Virus record (IMG/VR): IMGVR_UViG_3300045988_182554
Span: 1 to 64,000 of that record
Strand: one strand, 5' to 3'
Origin: a virus
DNA length: 64,000 bases
The notes beneath the pieces are model-generated. The model searched no databases. It was not told the DNA's origin and saw only the letters and a list, made by a program, of their open reading frames with translations. A program made the translations under genes and the position numbers. Every line of letters begins with the position of its first letter. The first letter of the stretch is position 1. This document shows, one piece after another, positions 49,313-58,438 of this stretch.

Positions 49313-49758
49313 CTGAAACTGCAACCTACAGCAAAAACGATGTCTTTTATACCTGCAGCCTGATTGAATATATCGGCCGCGTTACGAGGAATCATCGCAA
49401 GGATGTGGTTTCTGCTCTTGGCACAAACGGAGTCAAGGCAATTCTCGACTCAGCGGATGCGTTTCACTGCCAGAGCTTTGAGCAATCTGCCGATGAAATT
49501 TGTGAGCTTTTTCCTGTGCCGGAAGGAACGTATGATACGGTGTCTAACTGCCACTACAAGGTTCCATCTTATACAGATATCGGAAAAGTGTACCAGCGCA
49601 TCATCTTTGACTGTACTAGCACTCCTGGTGTCCAGGATGTAATTGATGTATTTTCCTCGTTCATTAGCGATGACATCTCAGATTTTAATACTGCAACTTA
49701 CTATTGTAATCCGAGCTATTTGTACCACTCATACAAGGCCGGAAAACTACTGGATTGA
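49309..49758 (+). CDS. DUF3791-like protein (usual partner of DUF3990)
   Basis: FYTCSLIEYIGRVTRNHRKDVVSALG pattern; 4-nt overlap with upstream gene. Confidence 0.55.
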   Translation: MTETATYSKNDVFYTCSLIEYIGRVTRNHRKDVVSALGTNGVKAILDSADAFHCQSFEQSADEICELFPVPEGTYDTVSNCHYKVPSYTDIGKVYQRIIFDCTSTPGVQDVIDVFSSFISDDISDFNTATYYCNPSYLYHSYKAGKLLD

Positions 49759-49856
49759 TTTTCAAAAGCAATAGCAATCAAGACCACTGCCCCAAAAAGG
49801 GTGGTGGTCTTATTTTTTTGCACAATACTTACCATAAATTACCAGAAAGAAAAACA

Positions 49857-49884
49857 TTGTGCATCTGTGCGAATTGCATATAAT
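49857..49884 (+). promoter_or_regulatory. promoter-operator copy 16 (TTGTGC-16-TATAAT; TGTGCGAATTGCA)
   Basis: Upstream of HTH-repeat gene cluster. Confidence 0.6.
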
Positions 49885-49996
49885 GCAAAATATAGAACGA
49901 AAGGCATCAAAAAACATCGTTGGTCGGGCAAAATCCGACCGAAAGGCTAGGGCGGGCTCAGTTTTGAACCTGCTCTTTCTTTTTATCGGAGGCTTT

Positions 49997-50524
49997 ATGT
50001 CAAACAAAGAAGAACGCATGAACCGCAATAAAAGCATCATCGAAGATTACAAAAATGGAAAGCCGATTTTAGAAATCGCGAGGGAATATAATCTTTCAGA
50101 AACGATGTGCTACAAGATTCTAAAAGGTACGCAGGAGCCGCCTCGTTATTTTGAAAAAAAGAGGAAGAAACTTACCACTCGAAATGAGCAAATTGTTAAA
50201 CAGTATAAAGGCGGTATGACGGCCAGAGAATTGGGCAAGATGTACGGCATTTCCATGCAGCGTATTTATGCAATCTTGCATTCGAGCGGAGAGTACGAAA
50301 GCCAAAAATACAATCATATTGAAACGGCTCTCAAAAAAGAGAAAAAGATGCGGAACCAAACTTTTCTTGATGCTTACAAGAAAAATCCTCGAAAATCGAT
50401 TATTGAGTTGAGCAGGGAGGTAAATATCAGCCCTTCACTAGGTTACCTTATCCTTCATCAAAATGGGATTTACCAGTATAACGTAAAAGCCAGAGCTAAG
50501 GAGAATAGCGAAAATGCCGATTAA
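49997..50524 (+). CDS. tandem HTH-repeat protein (3 repeats)
   Basis: GGAGG RBS; repeats KPILEIAREYNLSETMCYKIL / MTARELGKMYGISMQRIYAIL / SIIELSREVNISPSLGYLIL. Confidence 0.6.
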   Translation: MSNKEERMNRNKSIIEDYKNGKPILEIAREYNLSETMCYKILKGTQEPPRYFEKKRKKLTTRNEQIVKQYKGGMTARELGKMYGISMQRIYAILHSSGEYESQKYNHIETALKKEKKMRNQTFLDAYKKNPRKSIIELSREVNISPSLGYLILHQNGIYQYNVKARAKENSENAD

Positions 50525-51032
50525 CAAGATTACCCACGTGTGTCTAACTCATGACAAAGTCAGGGCGCGAAATGAAAAGATGCTGGAGGATGCCAAGAAC
50601 GGTATGTCCCAGGAACAGCTGGCCGAAAAGTATCAAATTTGTGTTTCTACTGTCCGATATAGTCTGAAGGACTTTTACAAAGAACAGGCCCGGCAGAGGA
50701 AAGCAAAGAAGAAAGCCTGGCAAACCCAGATGATTCATGAATATGAGATGGGCGCAAAATCTCCGGAGCTCCAGGAAAAATACGGCATCAGTGGAACGCT
50801 CTTTTATCGGATTCTTCATGCGCACGGAAAGAATGGCCGACAAATCCACAGCCAAAACCGTATCGAGACTGGCAAGAAAAGAAACGCCGAGATGGTCAGG
50901 AAATACAAAAACGGCGTTTCTGTCAAAGAGCTTGCGGAAGAATACGGGCTCAAAAAGGGAAGCGTATATCGCGCCATGAAGCGGTATAGTCCAGGCCCAG
51001 GGAAAAGTAAAAGTTGTCAAAGTGAGGAATAA
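50514..51032 (+). CDS. tandem HTH-repeat protein (3 repeats)
   Basis: AAGGAGAAT RBS; repeats MSQEQLAEKYQICVSTVRYSL / KSPELQEKYGISGTLFYRIL / VSVKELAEEYGLKKGSVYRAM. Confidence 0.65.
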   Translation: MPINKITHVCLTHDKVRARNEKMLEDAKNGMSQEQLAEKYQICVSTVRYSLKDFYKEQARQRKAKKKAWQTQMIHEYEMGAKSPELQEKYGISGTLFYRILHAHGKNGRQIHSQNRIETGKKRNAEMVRKYKNGVSVKELAEEYGLKKGSVYRAMKRYSPGPGKSKSCQSEE

Positions 51033-51036
51033 TTGC

Positions 51037-51990
51037 ATGGCTGCATCAAAGAAAGATGTTGCGAAGCAGCAGGTCAAAGAAGACCGCGAAAAGGTTCGGG
51101 AAATGTATCTTTCTGGCAAAACTGTCAAGGAAATCGCCAAGGAAACGTATTTTTCAAGCTCTTATTGCTATGCCATGGTGAGAGACCTAGCAAAAGAAAA
51201 GAATCTTGCAAAGAAAGCAAAAAGAGCACCTCTCAACGAAGCTATGATTCAAGATGCGAAAGCCGGGATGACGGTTGCTGAAATCGCAAAGAAGCATGGC
51301 GTGACCTATCAGCAGTGCTACTATACTGTTTCCGAATACGCTCAAGCTACGATTAAGAAGAACAAGAAAAAGCAGTCTGCTGCCACGAAAGTTCGCAATG
51401 CGGCTATGTTGGAAGATGCGAAAGCCGGAATGACTGATAAGGAAATCGCCAAAAAATACTTTTTGTCTCGAAGCAGTGTCCGTACCGTCCTTGCAGGGCA
51501 TTTACATACAAATTCCAAAAAGTTGGATGAAAGGCGCAAGGCGATTCTTGCGGATTATGAGGCAGGAACGTCCTCAAAAGACATCTGTGAGAAATACGGT
51601 ATTTCAAAATCCACTCTTTACAAGGACATGCGCCAAATTGGAAAAACCTGTCAGGAATACTATCACAAGGCGCTGAAAGACAAGACCAATCAAAGGAATT
51701 CCGATATTCGAAGCAAAATCGAAAGAGGGGTCTCGGTCAGCACTATTGCCAAAGAATACGGAATCTCTAAAACGGCGATTTATGAAACGTTTCATCAGGA
51801 AAATGTCAGAGCTGGAATTTTACAGAAACGCGGCCGTCCGCGAAAAAACACGGAACGTAATGCACTGATTGCTAAACGCCACAGGGAAGGCGAGAAGGTG
51901 CAGGCGCTTGCCACTGAATATAATCTCTCTGTTTCGACGGTAAACACTATTTGCAGTAGAAACAAAAATCAGAATATTGCATCACATTAA
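51037..51990 (+). CDS. tandem HTH-repeat protein (5-6 repeats)
   Basis: Repeats of G-(M/K)-(T/S)-x-x-EIAKxYG(I/V)S-x-STVY pattern throughout. Confidence 0.65.
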   Translation: MAASKKDVAKQQVKEDREKVREMYLSGKTVKEIAKETYFSSSYCYAMVRDLAKEKNLAKKAKRAPLNEAMIQDAKAGMTVAEIAKKHGVTYQQCYYTVSEYAQATIKKNKKKQSAATKVRNAAMLEDAKAGMTDKEIAKKYFLSRSSVRTVLAGHLHTNSKKLDERRKAILADYEAGTSSKDICEKYGISKSTLYKDMRQIGKTCQEYYHKALKDKTNQRNSDIRSKIERGVSVSTIAKEYGISKTAIYETFHQENVRAGILQKRGRPRKNTERNALIAKRHREGEKVQALATEYNLSVSTVNTICSRNKNQNIASH

Positions 51991-52035
51991 CAGGCTGCCA
52001 TTTGGCGGCCTTTTCTTTTTTGGAGGAAAATAACA

Positions 52036-52950
52036 ATGACCGATGACGTATGGAATTTGATTCGATTTGTGGTGGATGGCGACATCCGAAATGCACAGAC
52101 TCAGTGCCGAATCATGCTTGAAAAGAATGTCCCTGAAAAAGATGCCCGGTTTAAGGAGGCTGAACTCAAAAAGCTGAATCTTTTGAAACCGGAACTCATT
52201 CAGCTGCCTGCCAACCTGGAAAGTCTCTTGATTGCGGAGGACGCTACAAATTTCCCGGAAAGCCGGTTCCTGCTCCGCGAGGAGGAAGAAACAGTCATCA
52301 ACAAGCTCTTGGCCACCAGAAAAGCAGCTTTAGCCATCAAGGAGCTTGGCATCCACTATACTTGCTCTTTGCTTTTGACGGGCCTTCCTGGTGTTGGTAA
52401 GACTGAATTGGCCCGCTACATTGCACACAAGGCGAATTTACCGTTTGTTTTCCTGAAATTCTCTGGCCTTGTCAATTCTGCTCTTGGCCGGACACAGCAG
52501 AACATCGGCAGAGTGTTCGATTACGCAAAGCGCACGCCTTGTGTTCTTTGTGTTGATGAAATTGATGCCATCGGAATGTGCCGTGGCAGCCGCGATGATG
52601 TCGCTGAAATGAGCCGCGTCACCATCGCATTGATGCAGGAACTTGACCGGCTCCCGAATGACGTCATTCTCATTGGCACTACAAACCGCGTCGATAACCT
52701 TGACGAAGCCCTCATTCGCCGATTCACTTTCAAACACCGCGTCAAGCCTTTAGGCGACGATGACATGAAAGAACTGTGCAAGAAGTTCCTTGCTTCGGCA
52801 GACTATCCCTTCACGGAATCCGAACTCGACGAACTCTGCCATTCGCTGCGTGAACAGCGGACGGCCAGCGCCGTTGTCAATGCCTGTACAGAACGTATCG
52901 TTGCACATATCGTATCGCAGCTGCCTAAAAATTCGGCAGATGCCGTGTAA
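52036..52950 (+). CDS. classic AAA+ ATPase
   Basis: Walker A LTGLPGVGKT, Walker B VLCVDEIDAI, sensor-1 IGTTNR, arginine-finger region LIRRF. Confidence 0.8.
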   Translation: MTDDVWNLIRFVVDGDIRNAQTQCRIMLEKNVPEKDARFKEAELKKLNLLKPELIQLPANLESLLIAEDATNFPESRFLLREEEETVINKLLATRKAALAIKELGIHYTCSLLLTGLPGVGKTELARYIAHKANLPFVFLKFSGLVNSALGRTQQNIGRVFDYAKRTPCVLCVDEIDAIGMCRGSRDDVAEMSRVTIALMQELDRLPNDVILIGTTNRVDNLDEALIRRFTFKHRVKPLGDDDMKELCKKFLASADYPFTESELDELCHSLREQRTASAVVNACTERIVAHIVSQLPKNSADAV

Positions 52951-52953
52951 AAG

Positions 52954-53653
52954 TATGATAGCCTGGGAAGAAAGCCCTCGTCAGTTTAAGATGTCAAAGC
53001 AGCTTGATGAGGGAAAATTCGGAGAAGACTTGGCTCGCAAATTCCTTAACGACCCGATTATCAAAGTGAATCATGGCATTAGCCATTACGATGACGTGAC
53101 TCAGGATAAATCATATCAAGACAAAGATACCGATTTCATTGTCTGGAAGAAGAATGGTAAGACCTTTGGCCTGGAAGCGAAAGTGGACAGTCACAATACC
53201 GGAAATTTCTACCTGGAAACCTCGGTGGACTACTTCTCCATGGTGCCTGACGCTCTGAACGAACAACGGGTGGCGCGGCGGTATCGGGATGGCATCGACC
53301 CTTTATGGCACACCCCGGGCTGGGTATACAGGAGTGGTGCGGACCAGATTCTCTATTATTTCAGAACCACGCAGCTGCTTTACATTTTCTCCCGCGTTGA
53401 TGTCTGGTTCTATGCTGAAAAGCTGATGCGCGGTGGAATCCATCTCGACCCCGGAATCAGAAAGCCAAAAATGTATTCTGCCGAAAATATCAGTGAACGC
53501 AATGGTTCCACTCTCTTCTTTGCCAACGGCTTATGCGTGAATGCTGAGCAGACATACAAGGCTTTAGGGGCGCAAAAAAGAGTCATTAAATACCAGGTTG
53601 AGAACCCTGATTCAGACGTTCCAACGTTCAGCTTTTGCCCTTTCAAATTATGA
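52954..53653 (+). CDS. PD-(D/E)xK-like nuclease-fold protein, operonic with AAA+ ATPase
   Basis: ATG 4 nt after ATPase stop; DTDFIVWKKNGKTFGLEAKVD (D...ExK). Confidence 0.5.
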
Positions 53654-53738
53654 ATTTTTCGCTAACAATCGTTAGAAAATCACACTTCAGTCTGACGGAA
53701 GAGTATAATTAAAGTATGGAAAGAGAGGACAAAAAATC

Positions 53739-54167
53739 ATGAACCAAATCAACGTTGTCACGATTGGAAAACTCATTGAAGCGCATCGAGACGGTGACGA
53801 GCAGAAGTTCAAAACCTACGTCGATTTTATTGTAAAAGCCTACGAAGAGCAGGAGAACGACCGTGCCGCACGAATCATTCGAAGCAGCTATACGGGTGAC
53901 TACGGTGAGCAGGGGAAAGTTGTTCTGGATGAAGCAGTCAAACAGACTGTGCATTATGAGACAGGTTGGTACGAACCCGAAATCTTAGGCTCTGGTGGTT
54001 CCTATCGCGGAGTTACAAAAACAAGCTCAGAGGAAGAAGCTCTGCAACAGCTACAAAAGCACACGGTGAACTATGCACAACGTATCACTGTATATAAGAA
54101 AGACGGCAAAACCGTAAAACGAGAAGTCGCTGAGTACGACCAGTGGGAAAAGAAGTGGATGAGTTAA
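53739..54167 (+). CDS. hypothetical protein
   Basis: 142 aa. Confidence 0.5.
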   Translation: MNQINVVTIGKLIEAHRDGDEQKFKTYVDFIVKAYEEQENDRAARIIRSSYTGDYGEQGKVVLDEAVKQTVHYETGWYEPEILGSGGSYRGVTKTSSEEEALQQLQKHTVNYAQRITVYKKDGKTVKREVAEYDQWEKKWMS

Positions 54168-54169
54168 TC

Positions 54170-54655
54170 ATGAAGCACAAAATCTCGGAAACCGGCGCTC
54201 GGATGCTTAAATATCAAGAGCAGCTTGCCGACGAATACAAGTACAAGCCCATCCCACGTACCTTTTTCAAGGATGTGCGGGTAGAATTTGAAGAAACTTT
54301 GCCGGAATGGTGCAATATGTCCGGCGATACGACCAAACTCGAAACCAGAAGCGGCACGGTCATTGCCAGCGGGTATAACCGAATCGTGATTGGCGACTAC
54401 GGCGCATTCGTTGAGTTTTCGCGTGCCCAAGCAAATGCACGTCATTTGAAAATCAAAGAGGGGCAGAGCTATCGTATCGAAGACCCGCGCTATGCCGAAC
54501 ATGTGAAATATCTTTGGCTCACAGCGGACGATAACTCTGACGTGAAAGTATACGACCAAAAACGCTCGGTTGAGTACGCTGACTACAAGCCGGGGATGCT
54601 GTATGTCAGCGTGTACGAGGTGTTTCCAGCGGAAACTGATGCCGGATTATCATGA
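54170..54655 (+). CDS. hypothetical protein
   Basis: ATG 3 nt after previous stop. Confidence 0.5.
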   Translation: MKHKISETGARMLKYQEQLADEYKYKPIPRTFFKDVRVEFEETLPEWCNMSGDTTKLETRSGTVIASGYNRIVIGDYGAFVEFSRAQANARHLKIKEGQSYRIEDPRYAEHVKYLWLTADDNSDVKVYDQKRSVEYADYKPGMLYVSVYEVFPAETDAGLS

Positions 54656-54930
54656 CGAGCACTGTGCTTTCGACAGCAAGCCAATCAAGCATACACAGTG
54701 GGTGCGTTTTCTTGGGAAGGACTAACCATAGGGGCAGGAAGATTCCATTGCCGACCTGTACGCGAAAAGTGGCGCTGTGGTTTCCATGGTAGGTTCGGCT
54801 AAAGATTTGCTGACTTTCCTGCAATCTGCCGGAACCACAAGGCATTTTTGATGCGTTAGCCCCAACCACTATATATAGTGGTATCTTAATGTTTGTTTAC
54901 AATTTAGACACTATATATTGTGTCTTTTCA

Positions 54931-54959
54931 TTGACCGGATACCACATATATGGTATAAT
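54931..54959 (+). promoter_or_regulatory. strong sigma-A-type promoter TTGACC-17-TATAAT with overlapping palindromic operator ACCACATATATGGT; two further TATATA palindromes upstream (54880-54920)
   Basis: Near-consensus hexamers; palindromes CACTATATATAGTG, GACACTATATATTGTGTC, ACCACATATATGGT; points toward the tRNA block. Confidence 0.55.
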
Positions 54960-55151
54960 ACAATTGTTCTCAGGAAGAGGAACGGCTCCTGAGACATCAA
55001 GGTTTTCCTTTCCCCAATCTTGGTCGCATGGCTTCATTTGAGCTGACACAGGTGAAGCGTGAAAATCATCCGTTTCATAGTAATATCCTTCCTTTCATAC
55101 CTCTTTATTTCCCATTTGGCGCGGGTAACTCCGCGCCAGCCGTCCAAGCAA

Positions 55152-55183
55152 ACAGCCTCCACGCGGCGGACGGTGGGCAACAG
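55152..55183 (+). repeat. conserved leader motif copy 2
   Basis: ACAGCCTCCACGCGGCGGACGGTGGGCAACAG, preceded by the same GCGCGG...CCGCGC hairpin as copy 1. Confidence 0.5.
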
Positions 55184-55223
55184 ATGTTTCCGTGTTCCGG
55201 GCATCTGGCTAATGTTTGTATTT

Positions 55224-55299
55224 GCTGGTTTAGCTCAGCTGGTAGAGCAACTGATTTGTAATCAGTCGGTCATCGGTTCAAGTCCGATTTCCAGCTCCA
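55224..55299 (+). tRNA. tRNA-Thr (anticodon TGT), two U-U mismatches at base of acceptor stem
   Basis: Hand-folded cloverleaf: GCTGGTT/TTCCAGC acceptor, GCTC/GAGC D-stem, ACTGA-TTTGTAA-TCAGT anticodon arm, ATCGG-TTCAAGT-CCGAT T-arm, CCA encoded. Confidence 0.6.
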
Positions 55300-55772
55300 G
55301 ACGCTATCCGTTGGATGTATCGAAGTCACATGATACGATGCTATACACAACATCTGGCGGACAGCATGCCACCCATTAAGGCGGCCTCCTCGTGGCGGGT
55401 GGCGGACAGCGGCTCTTGCGGCTGCTGACGAATGTCTTAGAAGCATGCAAACGTACGAGCATCCCCGTCAAGTCGGGGCGCATCCAGACGCGACACAGCC
55501 GTAAAGGCGAGATTGCTGCACGGCAACTGGTAAGTTTCGCCGCAGTCTCACACACAGCCCAACGACAACCGTTAACCCGATTTGACAGGGAATCAACGAC
55601 AGGGCTCAAAATTTGAAGTTGACCAACACCCAAGCGCTTTCTTGGATTCTCGCGTATCGTCAACGATGAGGTTCGCAAGATTGTCAGGTGGTGTGAAGAT
55701 GACATCCGGGGATGACGACCTACTAAACGGATGTCATGGCGGGGCTAAGTGAGGGTTCACCCGCAATCTTAT

Positions 55773-55847
55773 GCAGGTATCGTATAACGGCTAATACTCC
55801 GCCCCTCCAAGGCGGAGACGCGGGTTCGACCCCCGCTACTTGCTCCA
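55773..55847 (+). tRNA. tRNA-Gly (anticodon TCC), C at position 33
   Basis: GCAGGTA/TACTTGC acceptor with two G-U pairs, CCGCC-CCTCCAA-GGCGG anticodon arm, GCGGG-TTCGACC-CCCGC T-arm, CCA. Confidence 0.65.
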
Positions 55848-56119
55848 CACGTCGCAGTCACCGTACGCCACGACGTTAAACTTGGTGAGCATGGTCCACT
55901 TGTGGCCCGCAGTCCGAATGTCGATGAGACAGCCTCAAAAATAATAGACAAACAGGTGCTGTGCCTGAAAGTATTCGAAAGTCCCGGTGTTAGTCGCGAA
56001 TAAGACCGGAAAACGGTGAAGAGGGTACAATACAGAATCTATCGGCGTGGCTGCCGAATGGTGCTGGATGCGAGTTGGCTTCTCGCTCAAGGGGTGACCA
56101 GCATAAAACACCCTATCGT

Positions 56120-56195
56120 GCTCGATTAGCTCAGTTGGTAGAGCAGCGCATTCGTAACGCGCAGGTCGGCAGTTCGAACCTGCCATCAAGCCCCA
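56120..56195 (+). tRNA. tRNA-Thr (anticodon CGT)
   Basis: GCTCGAT/ATCAAGC acceptor (one mismatch), anticodon loop TTCGTAA, T-arm GGCAG-TTCGAAC-CTGCC, CCA. Confidence 0.65.
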
Positions 56196-56233
56196 TCACC
56201 AAATTAAGCGATAATAGGAAGGAGATGAATTCT

Positions 56234-56617
56234 ATGGAACAGGCAATTATCAATGTTGAAGGTACGACTACCATAGAAACCGCTGCAGCAGCAAAAAAGC
56301 TGATTGAAATGTTTGGCAACCGGAACATCCGCGCCATCGCTGTCAACCGTGTAAACGACAAGAGCGACGAGGTCATTGTTGAGCTCGATTTCGTACCGGG
56401 TTTGGCACCGCATCTGCACGGCTTCACGCTTCAGGTTAATGGCTTGACATGTGGTTATGCTGGTACTGGTCCTTCCAATCTGTATGAAGTCCTGCAGGCG
56501 GCTGGCGTGAGTGAAGCTCAGGTAGCACGCGAGGACATCACTCAGAAGAGCACAAAAACCATTCCTCTGCGCCTGGAACGCGCCGTGACTCAGTACGGCG
56601 ACTTCCAGTTTGCGTAA
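56234..56617 (+). CDS. hypothetical protein
   Basis: GGAAGGAG RBS then ATG; 127 aa. Confidence 0.5.
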   Translation: MEQAIINVEGTTTIETAAAAKKLIEMFGNRNIRAIAVNRVNDKSDEVIVELDFVPGLAPHLHGFTLQVNGLTCGYAGTGPSNLYEVLQAAGVSEAQVAREDITQKSTKTIPLRLERAVTQYGDFQFA

Positions 56618-56647
56618 CGCTATTTGGCGGGCTTGACCCGCCATCAT

Positions 56648-56723
56648 GGAGGGATAGCTTAGCTGGATAAAGCACCTGCCGCAAAGCAGGGTATCGATGG
56701 TTCGAGGCCATCTCCCTTCTCCA
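56648..56723 (+). tRNA. tRNA-like gene with 6-nt anticodon loop (possible pseudo or atypical tRNA)
   Basis: Good acceptor (GGAGGGA/TCCCTTC), D and T arms (GATGG-TTCGAGG-CCATC), CCA; anticodon arm CCTGC-CGCAAA-GCAGG has only 6 loop nt. Confidence 0.4.
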
Positions 56724-56960
56724 TCCAGACACCCTTTCGCTTCCTTTCGCCAAAGGTATCTGGGGTATTGTACTGCATTGCGTGTAGTACGGCCAATCAG
56801 GCGCGGAACTCCGAAACCATACCACGAAGAATTTTATCCTCTCCGCGCAGCATGGACATGCGATTTTACGGGGATAAATTCAAACCGAAATTGTGTCGAG
56901 TGGCGAAGACGGTTGCGACACTGGCGAAGCACATATCTGCTTCGTCAACCATCAATGAGA

Positions 56961-56991
56961 AAGCCTCCACGTGGCAGATGGTGGGCAACGC
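56961..56991 (+). repeat. conserved leader motif copy 3
   Basis: AAGCCTCCACGTGGCAGATGGTGGGCAACGC. Confidence 0.5.
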
Positions 56992-57082
56992 AGCAAAGCT
57001 GCGGCTGATTTCTTTCAAACCGGTATCTGAATAAATGCAGATAAATAGACGAAAAAATCAAAAAAGCAAAGGAGTACACAGC

Positions 57083-58153
57083 ATGAGTAATCAGAAAATC
57101 ATCAAAGCAATCGCAGGGATTGCAGCAGCCGGTATGATGGCAACTTGTCTGCCTGTCGCAGCGTTCGCAGCCACCGGTGACACCTACCATTTCTCTTTCA
57201 GCAATGGTTCTTCCCAGGACCTTGCTCCGGGCGGTTCTATGACGTTCCCGGCAAGTCAGTATGACTACGGCTACTGGATTACCCTGCAAGGCCATGGCGG
57301 GTATACCTACAAGTACTATCCCGGCGACACTCTGCCGTACGATGCAGTTGACCAGTGGTTCACCGCTGACGGCATCACTTCCTGTTATGCGGCTGAGGGT
57401 AATCCGCGTTCCATCACCATCAACTATCAGATTGACGGCAACACGGTGCTGACCGAAACTGACACCGCCACTTTCCCGGGCAGTGTTGATGGTCAGAGTG
57501 TTGAAGCCTGGACCACGGATTCCGGTGATACTTACACCGCATCCAGCAAGAGCCTGAACCATGACCGCCTGTTCTACTACCTGGGCGACGACATCCACGA
57601 CAACGTCCTGACCCTGAAAGCCACTTCTGCATCCACTCCCGATGACGGCAAGGATGACAATACCGGCGACAGCGGCACCACCACTCCTGATGACAAGGGC
57701 GACGTTGTGACTCCTGATAAGGACAACACCGGCGAAGACAACACTTCTACCGGCTCCAATAAGGGTAACGGTACTACCACCACTACTCCGACCGCTCCTC
57801 GCAAAAACGTTGAGGTTTCTGAACATGGTGAAATTGCCGCCGCTATTGCCAATGGCACCTGGGGCAATGAGTACACCGTCTGCACCAGCTGTGGCTATCA
57901 CAACTGGACCCGCAAGGGTAACGTTTACGTCTGTGACCATTGTGGTCATGAAGTCCTGACTGTTAAGGGCGCTGATGGCGTCAAGGGCTATGCTGGCACT
58001 CTGGCTGGCAACGAGCCCCAGTACGCTTCTACCTCTGAAGCTCAGGCTGCTGCTGAAAAGCGTGAAGCCGCTTATGCCGCTTCCATCGCTGCTCTGCAGG
58101 CACAGGTTGCCGCTCGTGAAGCTGCTTATGCCGCTTCCCTGGGCATCCACTAA
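57083..58153 (+). CDS. secreted Thr/Asp-rich protein with C-terminal Cys4 zinc-ribbon-like motif
   Basis: AAAGGAG RBS; signal peptide ...AAFAATG; CTSCGYHNW...CDHCGH. Confidence 0.65.
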   Translation: MSNQKIIKAIAGIAAAGMMATCLPVAAFAATGDTYHFSFSNGSSQDLAPGGSMTFPASQYDYGYWITLQGHGGYTYKYYPGDTLPYDAVDQWFTADGITSCYAAEGNPRSITINYQIDGNTVLTETDTATFPGSVDGQSVEAWTTDSGDTYTASSKSLNHDRLFYYLGDDIHDNVLTLKATSASTPDDGKDDNTGDSGTTTPDDKGDVVTPDKDNTGEDNTSTGSNKGNGTTTTTPTAPRKNVEVSEHGEIAAAIANGTWGNEYTVCTSCGYHNWTRKGNVYVCDHCGHEVLTVKGADGVKGYAGTLAGNEPQYASTSEAQAAAEKREAAYAASIAALQAQVAAREAAYAASLGIH

Positions 58154-58202
58154 TTTGCCATCCTCTAACTAACGGTAATCGATAGTTTTTCCTCCTTGCT
58201 GT

Positions 58203-58234
58203 GGGGCGGGATTTCGGTCCCGCCCCATCCTTTT
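58203..58234 (+). terminator. rho-independent terminator
   Basis: GGGGCGGGA-TTTCG-GTCCCGCCCC plus T4. Confidence 0.6.
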
Positions 58235-58236
58235 GT

Positions 58237-58325
58237 GGTCAGATGTCCGAGTGGTTTAAGGAACTGGTCTTGAAAACCAGCGATGCCGCAAACGTCCGTG
58301 GGTTCGAATCCCACTCTGGCCGCCA
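58237..58325 (+). tRNA. tRNA-Ser (anticodon TGA)
   Basis: Class II: 3-bp D-stem, CTGGT-CTTGAAA-ACCAG anticodon arm, long variable arm, GTGGG-TTCGAAT-CCCAC, CCA. Confidence 0.75.
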
Positions 58326-58438
58326 TGTTTGCCGGGACTTCCCAGCTTTTTTGTTTTTGTGAGCAGCACAAGGCAACAGATTGCTATATCGAATAGGGTT
58401 GTGTATACTAGAGAAAAAGCAGATTAAGAGGATACGCC

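Noticed and set aside
7331-49880. Operator as a LexA/Cheo (SOS) box
   Set aside because: Firmicutes LexA sites are GAAC-N4-GTTC. The conserved element here is TGTGCGAAT-TCGCA-like and fixed inside promoter spacers, so it is a different regulator.
55380-55772. Possible tmRNA, RNase P or other structured RNA upstream of tRNA-Gly
   Set aside because: The acceptor and T-arm resolve into an ordinary tRNA-Gly(TCC) at 55773-55847. I found no tag-peptide frame or 5'/3' pairing for a second tmRNA. The remaining 390 nt stay unassigned.
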